DNA from: Leucoraja ocellata
Taxonomy: Eukaryota
Reading direction: 5' to 3'
DNA: 64,000 bases
Assembly: GCA_036785375.1 (NCBI GenBank)
Contig: JAWMAR010000008.1
Span: forward strand, 14,074,001 to 14,138,000
The notes under the pieces were generated by a model. It had not been told where the DNA came from. It saw only the letters and a list, made by a program, of their open reading frames with translations, and did no database searches. Numbering within the stretch: the first letter of the stretch is position 1; the number at the start of each line of letters is the position of its first letter. The position numbers and the translations under genes are program-made. Below, piece after piece: positions 52,263 through 64,000 of this stretch.

Positions 52263-52994
52263 CTGCACCAAGGAGGAATTACAAAAACGGACATGAGGTT
52301 GGCCAAGAATTCTCTTTCAACTGGTATTACCTTGTGCAAATGAACCAGCCTTTCATTGTAGTTTTTGGTGTGAGATTCTTGGGTGTAAAATCGCTGCTTT
52401 TGCCAAACTGCATAACTACAAAGTTATTTGTGTGTGTGTGGGGAACTGCTCAATGTTAAAAAAAAAAGTGATAACGTTAATAAAACATGTTTAATGAAGG
52501 TTGCAACAATGTTAGGTCAACAGAGGGTTAAACAAATTTTATGCAATTAATTTGGATTTAAAATAACCCTCTTCTTAGTTAACCCTTTGCCTTCACTGAA
52601 TGCCTTCTGAAACCCAAAGGACAGATATATGAAATGCGATATATGTGAAGGAGAGAATTTTAGCGAGGGCAAAGGATTAAACCAGGTGATTTATGGGTGA
52701 CAGACAAGAGGATCATGTGGCTAAGAATAGTCTGGGATTAAACTAAAACCTACACTAATGTTTAGTTAACATAATGAGAGGGCAGAAATGCTACTGTGAA
52801 GCTTGCACAATGTACCCACATCCAGGCCATGACATTTCCCAGTGCAAGGCTCCCAAATGCATACAGTACTTCCCATTTCACTTACAGGGAGGAGATCCAT
52901 TTATCTTCAGTCAATTTTAATGGGAGTTAGAAAGCTTCTGCTTGGATTTAAGAGCCTGACTCTAAAGTCAGTCATATAGGACATGGCAGTGATG

Positions 52995-53120
52995 TGTGGG
53001 AAGGAACTGCAGATGCTGGTTTATAACTAAGATAGACGCAAAGTGCTGGAGTAAATCAGCGGGTCAGGCAGCATCTCTGGAGAAAGAGGATAGGTGACAT
53101 ATCAGGTCCGAACCCTTTTT
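52995..53120 (-). mobile_element. Penelope-like terminal-repeat relic
   Basis: gaaggaactgcagatgctgg…gtgctggagtaaatcagcgggtcaggcagcatctctggag. Confidence 0.7.
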
Positions 53121-55284
53121 ACACAAGTTAACATTGCAAAGGGAGTTTTTCTTACTGTTTGTGAAACTGCAAGCTTTCCGTAGAAGTATGTTAACAATTC
53201 CCTGTATTTATGTATAATATAGTAATGCAAATGTGCAAACTTCCCCAGTCCTTTGATCTAAATGGAGCTGAGGCTTATACTCCAGGTTTGATCCTAAGTT
53301 TGTAACGATTTAGGGCTGGTTTGTTGGAACGTACACTCTACAGATGAATAAATTATCCAAGGTGCTCACATCTGACTACTGGCAGCCTCCTGTTGGAATC
53401 CTAGTCATTAAGAAGGTTCAAGAGCAGGTCCATCGATGAAAACATTATTCAAAGCTATCTAACCTAAGAAGGAATTTGTCTTGATATAGAGATTGGTTAC
53501 AATGTGGAATTCACCATCACAGTTGAAGAAACCAGCAAAGATACTTTCTGGGGGTGGGGGAGGTACCTTGATAATACGTGGAGAAAGGAATAAAGGGTAT
53601 GCTAGTGACGTGAAGTGAAGGTCAGTGGAATGAGTCTTGTGTGTAACATAGACAAGTGCAGTATAACTCAGTGTAGATGAGATATTGTGATATTTCTGAG
53701 ATATGGAAAAAAACCCACCATAAATGTGTATCTATCCTTCATGTATGACCATGATAATTTGGACGATGTTAGAAAGGATTCCCGGCAAAAACACAATTGT
53801 ATTTGCAGGAGAAGTCAGTGCATTCAGATTATAGTTGGAGGGCCAGGCCAACAAAACAATTTTACAACAGTGTTTAATTAGTGTGAAAGTGGTAGTAACA
53901 ATTTTGCTGCTTTTTAAATGGTCGAGGTACAGTAAGAGCCATCAGTAAAAAGGGAGCAGTCAGTTACATTTGGTGTTAAAAGCTATTTGTGAATTCCTTT
54001 CATGACAGTTTCAAACACACCATTGGTTAGGCCACCAGCAATGATTTCAAATACTAAATAATAAATTAGATCATATCAGTGAAGTATGGAATTTATTTTT
54101 CAAAAGTCCAGGCAGAAATGTAAAGTAATGAGCCTTGTCTTCCAATCAGTTACTTTTGTTGAAGAAAAACACTCTTCAGGCCACGAATGGGCACTGTCAC
54201 TTTAAGAATGTTTGTCTAGTCAGGACCAGAAAGATTTCAGGAGTTATATTGCTAGTAAAAGTAAACCAGAGCAGGAAAACAAGGATACAATTTGGCACTT
54301 ATCAAGACTAAATGATTTCCTTTTTAGCTGCTGATTTCTACTGGGAAATGTATCCTTGGACTGAAAATTGCATCCGGAAAAATGTTTATGTAATGTTTTT
54401 CAAACAAATGATTGTTCACAGTAACCTTTAACTTGCACTGAGGGTGTTGTGGTTTTACTTATTAACCCTTCACCAACAGAGCCAAAGCAAACCTTTCAAT
54501 TGTGCTCCTAACTGATGCTATTGCAGGTGAGGGGCGGAGAGAATGGAATAGTAGGTTTAGCGTTTGTTCTTCTTGCATCATTTCAGATTTAATATTAAAT
54601 TGTTTTGCCAGCTGTTCATGTCAATATAAGGATCCTTAATATATTTCAGATAACAGCAGTGAGTTCATCTTGCACCCTGAGTTATTCTTCCCTGTCAACA
54701 TCAGCAGCATGAGTTGGTGATTTTTTGTTGGATCTTTCTTGATTACAATTTGATTTTCAAATTTGTGTTCAAAGTGATTGCACTTTGGGAAAGAAGTTGG
54801 TGATTGTGGAGTGCTTTGGGATTTCAGGGCAGCTAAGTTTATTTATTTCTAAAGTGTGGGTTCATTGAGTCCAATGCATTTGATAAGTGGATCATCGGTG
54901 ATAGATCAGTCCTGGGATTATGCATGTGAGACACAGTATCGCAAGCAAAGGAATGTTTAAAGATTTTTGTTGATCGCCAAATTTCCCAGTGATCCATTGT
55001 AATAAATGCGTATGGATACGTGTAAAATGTGATATGTTTTATAAAGCTTCCATGTTGTTCATTATTTTGGAATGATGCATTTACTCTTTCCATTTCTCAG
55101 CAGCTGATTGCCCCTCTCCACAGAGCTCAGTCTTCTGTTGATACTACTATGTCATCAGTCACTGGGAAATATGCAACAGCAATCATGTGAATATTGTCCA
55201 TCTCATACATTATGGGAACATTTATGCTGCAAATCACTTCCAAAAATGCATTATGTTGCAAGTGCATGTTGCATGATTGAATTG

Positions 55285-55566
55285 ATGAAAAGATACAGCA
55301 AGGAAACAGGCTCTTCGGCCCACCGAGTCCACTCCAACCATCGATCACCCTTTCACATTAGTTCTATATTCCTCCACTTTCGCCTCCACTCCCTGCACAC
55401 TGCAGAGGCCTATTAACTTACAAACTTGCACATCTTTAGGATGTATGAGGAAACCAACAGAGTGACGGGGAATGGGCAAATTCCATACAGACAGCACCCG
55501 AGGTCAGGATCGAACCCGGGTCTCTAGCACTGTGAGGCAGCAGCTCAACCAGATATGCCACTGTGC
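55285..55566 (-). mobile_element. tRNA-derived SINE (HE1-like)
   Basis: Reverse complement: cacagtggcatatctggttgagctgctgcctcacagtgctagagacccgggttcgatcctgacctcgggtgctgtc. Confidence 0.8.
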
Positions 55567-55690
55567 ATATTTAATTGTTGATTCTATAACTTCAACGTTA
55601 GATACAGTCAAAGGATTCTCACAGTTGGTCATATGCAGTCTGTGGTTGTCTTCCCACTTAATCGTTATTGCAGCCCTCTTCACCCACTCG

Positions 55691-55691
<1 letters not shown>

Positions 55692-55767
<76 letters not shown>

Positions 55768-55768
55768 T
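55692..55768. repeat. (GT)n microsatellite, followed by a MITE-like right-end remnant (55780-55860)
   Basis: Direct reading. The remnant ends aaaatcgcccaagtggga. Confidence 0.9.
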
Positions 55769-55944
55769 ATTCCACTCTGACAGTCGCCGTTCCAGTTCCC
55801 GTTTTTTTAGGCGACTGCCGGCAACTTGACAGTGCGCTGAAAAATCGCCCAAGTGGGATAAGATATTTAATACCTCTTCCTATTCAGAGGAAATATTAAA
55901 CAAACCCTTTCCTGAATTCTCTAACTACAATATCCTCCATAGTG

Positions 55945-56220
55945 AGACTTTATAGGTCACAGATTTAGGCAAGAGGAAAAGATATAAAGGGGACCTGTAG
56001 GGCAGGTTTCTCATACAGAGGGTGGTGGGACTGTGGAATGAGCTGCCAGAAGAACTGGTAAAGGCAGGAACAATTATGTATATCATTTAAAAGACATTTG
56101 GACAGGTTCATAAGTAAGGTTAAGTGGGATATGGACCACATGCTGACAAATTAAGTAGGCATACTGGTTGGACGAGTTGGGCTGCAGGGCCTGTCTCTGG
56201 CTGTAAAACTCTATGACTGT
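55945..56220 (+). mobile_element. CR1-like LINE 3' end
   Basis: cagagggtggtgggactgtggaatgagctgccaga (QRVVGLWNELP) and the gggcctgtctc…ctctatgact tail. Confidence 0.7.
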
Positions 56221-59083
56221 TTTTCTGTGCATGGGCATCCTCAGAGTTTGCCTCCATCTTATGCTCCCGCTCTCTGCAGTTTTTTCTGTCAGCATCCTTG
56301 ATTTGCACCATCGCCACCCACCTTTAAAGTGTACCTCATCGAAAGCGTACCATTTGTCTTCTCAAACTCTCTCCCATTTCCTGCATGAAAATGCTCCATA
56401 TAAGGACCTTTCATGTGGAACATTTTTTTTTGTTTCTGATCTTTCTCAGCCAATCAAACCCATTTCTAATATACTTAATTTAGGCTTGGTTAATACAGGA
56501 AACTAATTAGTTTGAATTTTATCAATTCCATGTGACATTTATGAAATTATACATAGTGTGCTTGTCAAAAGTGCAGGTCTGGGTGCACATGAAAAGAAAA
56601 TAAGGCAGGTTAATGATTCATTTAGAGGCCCTTCGTCAGAAACACTCACACCCACTGTCTGACATTTTCCAGATCCTGATGGGACTCTTGCTGCTCCAGG
56701 ATTATAAACTTTGCAAGTTTAGGTCAATCTCTCACTCTCACTTTCCCTGTCCATCTCAGATATGTTTTTGACTACCAGGAACCATCTGATTTTGGACATC
56801 ACTGAACAGCCTTGCTCCAAAAATTGACTAAAGAGCAGAATTTATTGGACAAAATGAGAGTGGCTAACCTTGACCAAGGCTAAATTTGACAGTGGCGTAT
56901 AGAGAAATCGTGGTAAAACATTGAAGACAAATGGGGCAAAGAGGTGGGAGGGAGTAACAAGGAGAGTATTCCCCTGGCTTGAGTCACTTGAAAGAAGGTG
57001 GATTGATAGTTGGACATCATGCAGGACCTCTGTGGAATACTTGCTTTAGGCACAAACATTGTTGAAGTGGTCTCTTCATCTACCTCAACAATGACCTTCC
57101 CTCCATTGCATTGTCAGAAAATGGGATGATTGAAGAGTTTTGAATCTCAATCAAAAGTCCTCAGATATTAAAACTGCCCCACAACTGTATGATCCAGACA
57201 ACATTGAGGCATGGGCTGAGAAGTGGCCTACAAATTGTTTTACAGTATTGCCAACAAATGCCATGTGCACTTAGAGAACATCTAACCACTCACTGATGAC
57301 ACTTATCAATATCACCTCCAGCAAATCACTACCATCAACATATCCAGGGGTCACCATTTGTCGAAAAACATTATTCAGAGACAAGATCTAGTTTGAGTCT
57401 GGGTTTCCCAGGTAGAGCAACTCACCTTTTGACTTCTACTAAGACATGAGGCAGGAGTCTCTTGGTATTTTCTCCATTTTTGTAAACCTTTACAACAAAC
57501 TCCAATAGTATTCAGGAAGCTCAACAAATAAGTTCTATTGATTAGTACATCTCTGAACATTGACTCCCTTTAGCTTCAGCACAAAATGAACTGTGATTAT
57601 TTGCCGAGTCTACCCTAGCTTTCAATTCTGTTATCGGCATTACATGCAAGGGTAAAAGTAACGGGAGCGTAGAAATACTACCACTCGCAGGTTTACCCCA
57701 GGTAAAACATTATATGTATCACTGCTCTTTCATCATTGCCGTGTCTAAATCATGAAACAACCGACCTCGTTCCATTCCCTCCACAGATGCTGCCTGACCC
57801 GCTGAGTTCCTCCAGCAATTTGTGCATTACTCAATAGCAATGTAAAAGTACATTTGCAGGTGTTCCAGAAGATGGGAACACCCCTTTTTCAGGAGAAATT
57901 AAAAATGAAAGGCTACAAAAATAGGGAAACGATTAAAGAAAAAAGCACATGAAACAGGTAAATGGGGAAAGGAAATGGGGAAACAAATGTTCACCCTTTT
58001 TGGGCATATTGCTCAAGGATATGCAAAAATCCTTCTGGACATGGACAACAGTTCAATCCCAAAATTCAGATATACTATTGGAACTATACAACATCCGCAT
58101 CATGTTTAGAGTTTTGAATGTTAAGAGCTTTGATGCTGGTGATAAAGGGAAGGCAGCAGCTCAGGAAAGCTATTGACATTGAACTCATTGACTATAATGA
58201 AGCTGAAGATTAGAAGAGGCTTATTAGAAGAGAAATGGTTAGAGAGATAGAAACTGCATTTTATATGATCATTTAAAGTCCATATTTCCCATAGTGCTAT
58301 AAAACCAGTTGATGGTACCTTGCAGGTATCGGCTTGAGCTCTACAATTCACTGTAACTATTTTCAGGTTGATTGGGAGAATGGTTTTCTCACACATGTAC
58401 AAGCACAGTTTTGATATTCCAGTGATGCAAATTATTATTAAGTCCACTTGGAGCCAACAGAAAAGAGGAGTAGTGTCATGGGTAAATACATATCCTCTGG
58501 GTAATTTTAGCTCTGTATTAAAATATTTGGCTCCAGACATTGTATTTTATAGAGTAAGGTCAAGTCAGTAAACCCAAACTTGGTTTATCTGAAGCCAAAT
58601 TTGGCTCGGTGGCTCCATTTTGACTGCCTAATAATTCTTAGATTAAATTATTCCAAAGGTAGTACCCACAAAGGCGGAAACTACTCATAATAAAGGTAAC
58701 CACTCGACTGGCTGAAACCTATTGATTAGACTACTTTATATGGAAGACAGGAAGAATAATGGAGATGACAATTATAACCACAACGGAAGGATGACAAAGA
58801 CCCTTCAGATTTCTAATTTAGAGACTCTGACATCCACTCAACACAAGTACCAGATAAGGGTTTCAGGAAGTTAAGCTTATGGGTTTTTGGGTTCACATGG
58901 CAACAGCCTCTCAAAGACTTTGACCAGCCAATAAATTAATTCTATTTAATTTAAACACTTAAAAGAAAACAAAGTTCAAATGCATTCTGTGAAGAGAGTT
59001 TGTGTTGTGTCAGTTAGCCCACATGCTGCACTAATTTCATCCTTACTCAGCCTTGGTAGCATGCTGTTTTCAGTATCTTGTGG

Positions 59084-59545
59084 ACGGCACAGTGACACAG
59101 TTAGTAGACCCACTGCCTCACAGTGCCAGATATCCACGTTCGATCCTGATGTTTGGTGCTGTCTGTGTGGAGTTTTCAAATTCTCTCTGTGACCGCATGG
59201 GTTTCTTAAAGGTGCTCTGTAAGAGCATCACNNNNNNNNNNNNNNNNNNNNNNNNNNNNNNNNNNNNNNNNNNNNNNNNNNNNNNNNNNNNNNNNNNNNN
59301 NNNNNNNNNNNNNNNNNNNNNNNNNNNNNNNNNNNNNNNNNNNNNNNNNNNNNNNNNNNNNNNNNNNNNNNNNNNNNNNNNNNNNNNNNNNNNNNNNNNN
59401 NNNNNNNNNNNNNNNNNNNNNNNGAAGTTGATGGAAATGTGATGAAAATCAAACAAAATGGGAATAATGCAGGATTAATGTAAACAGGTTGATGGTCAGC
59501 ATGGACTCGGTGGGCTGAAGGGCCTGTTTCCATGCTCCAAGACTT
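59084..59545 (+). mobile_element. tRNA-derived SINE (HE1-like), spanning gap
   Basis: Head ggcacagtgacacag…gttcgatcctga and tail gactcggtgggctgaagggcctgtttcc. Confidence 0.7.
59232..59423. other. Assembly gap
   Basis: Run of N. Confidence 1.
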
Positions 59546-59810
59546 TCTTTGACTGTGTCACGCCAAGTTACCTATGTGTGCTAAATTTAGTTTGCCTAAT
59601 ATTGGGTGGAGCAATTGCTCATTATAGACTGTTTTCTGCTGCATGTGGACTAGGACTGGTGACGGATAATAATTAGGGATACCTTGACGCAGCAGATGTG
59701 TTTATTGTTTGTGCTCAATAGTTCTGATTTTACAGAATGCAATTGCTACGTTAACAATTGCCACCCTATTTACAGGTTTTGCAGGCAATCTTAGGACGTC
59801 AGATGTGTAA

Positions 59811-60037
59811 TGCCCCTGTCCCACTTAGGAAACCTGAACGGAAACCTCTGGAGGCTTTGCGCCCCACCCAAGGTTTCCGTGCGGTTCCCGGAGGTTGCAG
59901 GTGGTTGCCGGAGGTTGCAGGTAGTGGAAGGGAGACTGACAAAAACCTCTGGGAACCTCCAGGAACCGCACGGAAACCTTGGGTGGGGCGCAAAGTCTCC
60001 AGAGGTTTCCGTTCAGGTTTCCTAAGTGGGACGGGCA
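59811..60037. mobile_element. Near-perfectly palindromic MITE (227 bp), TAA TSD, PIF/Harbinger-like
   Basis: taa|TGCCCCTGTCCCACTTAGGAAACCTGAACGGAAACCTCTGGAG…CTCCAGAGGTTTCCGTTCAGGTTTCCTAAGTGGGACGGGCA|taa. Confidence 0.88.
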
Positions 60038-60289
60038 TAAATGAGTTAGGACTTTCAAAGTGTTTCATGACATTTCAGGAGTACAGTGGTGCCCATTGAA
60101 TATGTTTGCATACTTTAGGATTTAACAACAGAGGAGAAAGCCTAGCACTCTGTAGCACCTTAGGAAATCTTGGAAGTTGCACCATAAAATGGCATTGGAT
60201 CCATGCAGATCAAATCCAATTACAAATGCAATGAACCAGCTGTTGATTATTATAAATTAGAAACTATTTGATTTCAGATTTTCAGGATT

Positions 60290-60480
60290 TGTGAAGTGCT
60301 GGAAAACTCAGCTCAGGTGGCAGCCGTGGGGAGCGAAACAGAAATAACGTTTCAGGTCCATGACTCTTCTTCAGAATCTCTTCTTCACTAATTTTCTGAT
60401 GAAGAGTCATTGATCTGCAACGTCTGTTCCTCTCTCCGGAGATGCTGACTGACTAGCTGAATATTTCCAACCATTTTTTT
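60290..60480. mobile_element. Second-family inverted Penelope-like relic with two opposed hammerhead motifs
   Basis: Minus strand: CTGAAGA-agagtcatggacct-GAAACGTT (60374 to 60346). Plus strand: CTGATGA (60396)-agagtcattgatct-GCAACGTC. Confidence 0.7.
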
Positions 60481-62629
60481 CGTTGCAATTATTTACGAAA
60501 GGATCTATGTCCAGCAAATGAGCAGAATTTGCTGCTCTTCCAGAGGTACCATTCAATTCTCGACATAGACCATCAGAATAGATCAGATGGATTTAACCTG
60601 AGATCGCCTCTGAATAATAATATCTCAAGTAATTTCAGAACTATACTGAACTATATTAACTGCTAACATCTGCAAACAGGGCTGTCAAATAATTAATTAC
60701 ATTACTTTCTTTCCTATTAAAGCACTGCGTCAGGCATAATGTAGAGTTCAATGTACTGCCTTACTGTGTCCCTTTAATTACTGTACTCATCATTTTCATT
60801 CTTCTTGGCTGCCATACCTTTATTTGGTTCATTCGCCTCAGAATATCATGTTTGCACTGAACACACTGTGCCCTGAGATCATGGATTTAGTTTGTCTAAA
60901 CATATATCGCCAGTAAACCTTATTGATGGGGAGAAATTTTGTAATTCGGATTTGGATTCAGACCCATGCCATAGAAGTACCAGGACCTTATTCTAAAGCA
61001 GCAATTTGAAGTAGACTTGTAATTTGAAGTATAGACCACTTCAAAGTATATTTGAAGTGGGCAAAACAGATAGTAAAGTTCACGGTACCTTCCCACCAGA
61101 TCTCAAGGTGGTTGGTCATAGCTTCTTACCAATGATTGGTCTTTGCAATGAACTCCATTGTAACAGTGCAAGGTCGTTCATAAAACCACTGAAGAAATTT
61201 AAAGTAGCAAGATAACAAATGGCGGGATGGAGTATGGTGAACCTTTGTTATCCTTCTATGATAAGAATATCTTTTAGCTAAGGAGACCAAAACAACACAC
61301 AATACTCCAGGTGCGAATCTCCTCAAAACCCTGTATAATTGCAACAGTTTGACCTATTATTGGGAGGTGGGTGGAAATGGGTGTTCTTGAGGTGAATAAA
61401 TCGAAGGTATGAGCGACACGTTAACCCAAGAGGTCATCATACACCCTTGGTTTGGCTTCATTGGAGATGTAAGCAGCAAGGTTCAAATGCAAGTGCAGTC
61501 AGAGTAGGTTTCTGAACCATGCAACCATGTTAAATAGCAATGAATTTAACGTGGAACAGTGAGTTGAGAATGGCAGTGAAGTGTACTTTAGTACAGTGAA
61601 ATATTGCAAACATCCTATCATGAAACATATACAACAATGTTGCAGATTTTAGATTCGTACCATTGAATTCCATTTTCATCCATATCCGTCTTCTCTTAAG
61701 TCTTGATTTGCACAACTAGGCAACATATAGACCACCAGTGGAAAAACAAAATCCAATTTTGGAAAATAAATCACAGAAGTGCCTAACTTTAGAAGTCATT
61801 GAGGCATTCCAAGGGGAATGGAAATGATGTCCCAAAGAATCAAAGATTTCACAGATTGAAATGAAGTAAACCATGGGAATTACAGTATACTGCTTTATCA
61901 GACAATTGCTTCATTTATTTTTATATAAATCCTGTTAATTGAACATTGACATTAAAATTATCCATGGGGTGCCTTACATCCCTCAATATCACCATCACCC
62001 TGCAGATTTTTGAATCCCAAGTTTGGCACCATTGGATATGTCTCAGCACTCATCTTCTCAGCCATGTTGGTGCTCTATTTTATGGGTTGAAGGCTATCAC
62101 TCGTTGCCAATTTAAACAACATTTGAGCTGATTAATATATCATTTACACAACTGAGTTACCCGAGCTCTTTCTTTGAAAGTGTAATTGTTTCGCTGCCGT
62201 GGTAGCCTTCTACTGATTTTTGTTAATTAAGTCTAATTTACTGATCTGAGTTTGATTAATTATAGCATTGATTTCCCAAACAAACAATCTTAATGAAATG
62301 TGGAGGATAGAGGTAAGGACATTGTTGACCAAACGTTAAGTAGAAATGTGCTCCAATCCATCATGGAAAACAATTCTTCACTGCTGAGTAAACCAAAGCT
62401 TATTAAATTAAATACGTATATCCCTGATGTAGCACTCTGTCAAATAGGAAGAATGCTGTTTAAATACCTGTTAAACTGACAGAGTACAACAGGATTGCTA
62501 TTTATAAATGCCTGAACCACACAGATTTGAAAGCTTTATGCTGTGTGTCTCAGTTGCTGGAAATTCTGTCACATATATCATTATTAAAATAATGTTTTCT
62601 TCCTTCTGTCATGCTATCTAAACTATTTT

Positions 62630-62880
62630 TACAGGGTAGTACTGAGGGAGTACTGCTTTTGTAGAGGTGCTGCCCCTTGGATAACATGTTAAGATGAGGT
62701 CCTGTTAATCAGATAGATCTCCCAGTACCCTGACTGATGCTCTTCCTGCATATACCGCTAAATTACAGTCATCATTTCTTTCCAGTCTGTAAAATAGACC
62801 GTAAAATAGCAATTGGCATACAGCAAAGCTCTTTGAGATTTTTCTGAACAAAATGAAAAGCAGTTATATAAATGCACTTT
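62630..62880 (+). mobile_element. Ancient SINE relic (SacSINE1/AmnSINE-like)
   Basis: gtagtactgagggagtactgc…gaggtgctgcc…gttaagatgaggtcctg, and tail ctttgaga…tgaaaagcagttatataaatgca. Confidence 0.5.
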
Positions 62881-63321
62881 TTTTCATCTCTCACCCCATT
62901 GCACACATTTCCTCTGACCAAGAGATAGAGCCACATTCATACCAAATTCGAAGTTTCGTGTGGTTTATAAGGTTAAATGTCATGAAGAAAGGAGCCTCTA
63001 GTCACTATCATTTCTAGGAGGTTACCTATATTAGTTTTGCATTGGTGCCCAGTGCGGCTTTTTATCTGCAGACGACACAGGCATATTAATTGCCTTAGAT
63101 TCTGCACAAAACTTGGACATGGACTTGATGGGCCAAAAGGCCTGTTTCTGTGCTGCATGACTTTCTGTGCTTCTAAGTAGGTTACAATTCTCATTAACAA
63201 GCATAAAGAGTTATCTTTTCAAATAATGCGACATATAGATTATAGAAGTTTTGTCAATACTGGCTTCATTGCCTTACAGTAGAATTATAACACTCATGTC
63301 TTCATTCATGTCCTGATGTGT

Positions 63322-63657
63322 CAGGGCTGCCAACATTGGGTGAGAGTTGAGAGTGAGAAATAGCGAAGGAGCGTGGTGGGTTGGAGGATGTGGGAGGGGG
63401 GTGTCCCCCTCCCATGGTAGGGAGCTTTTGCATTTTTCAGCTTGAAATTGTGCAATCTGGTGCATACTGTAGCGAGTCTTTTGACTTACACTTGAATGCA
63501 ACAATTATGCTTTAAATTGGATTAGGTATGAATAAGGTTAGGCTAAATTACATTCCTAATTACATTCCACAGTTGAGCCATGCTCTGATCAACATGTGCA
63601 GCACATGAATGACTATATTCATGTATGGAAATCAGATTATAATTCATGCTGTTATGC

Positions 63658-63688
<31 letters not shown>

Positions 63689-63773
63689 AAAAAATAGAGA
63701 AACAAGGCAAGAGTCGGACTTCCATCATTGGAAACAGCGTTTCCCTCTCAATGCGTGAGAGTTGGCAGCCCTA
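63322..63773. mobile_element. Non-autonomous hAT-like DNA transposon
   Basis: TIRs CAGGGCTGCCAAC (63322) / GTTGGCAGCCCTA (63761-63773). Internal (TA)n. An 8-bp TSD is not evident. Confidence 0.6.
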
Positions 63774-64000
63774 TATTTTTACGGAAGTAATTGAATGGTA
63801 AAGAATCAATATATAATGTACACTTGATGTAGTTAGCAGCACTGTTGTTGCGAAGTCAGAAGTCATTGTAACAGGCCTTAGTTCAAGTCAAGAGCTTCTA
63901 ACCACAGGTATTGTTTCAGTGTAGTGTTCCATGTTGAATTATTAGAGATACAATTCTTTGAAAGAGACACCAGTCAGTGGTATGATTTACAACTTCAGTG

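Noticed and set aside
55472-55852. Cys/Val- or His/Thr-repeat proteins
   Set aside because: Translation of a (GT)n microsatellite.
59758-60099. Similar ORFs on both strands (PVPLRKPERKPLE…); also 48338-49487
   Set aside because: An artefact of palindromic MITE sequence.

Overview
Eukaryotic, AT-rich, repeat-laden genomic DNA. The repeat repertoire (HE1-like tRNA SINEs, CR1/HER1-like LINE tails, Penelope-like fragments) points to a cartilaginous fish, probably a skate or ray; this is an inference. The only host coding sequence I can support is three consecutive + strand exons of BCAS3 (9163-9266, 17185-17381, 21586-21683) with phase-compatible GT-AG junctions. The remaining ~42 kb is the start of the long intron that follows. 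Most ORF-track entries are spurious. Notable non-coding structure: (1) many Penelope-like-element relics carrying minimal hammerhead-ribozyme cores, some arranged as inverted pairs between target-site duplications; (2) five copies of non-autonomous Helitrons (A|TC...hairpin-CTAG|T) with a CpG-rich, promoter-like 5' module; (3) a palindromic MITE family with GTCCCACTTA termini, one copy interrupted at its hairpin apex by a truncated L1; (4) a degenerate ~69-bp tandem array; (5) candidate conserved enhancer-like blocks in the long intron. There are four assembly gaps.
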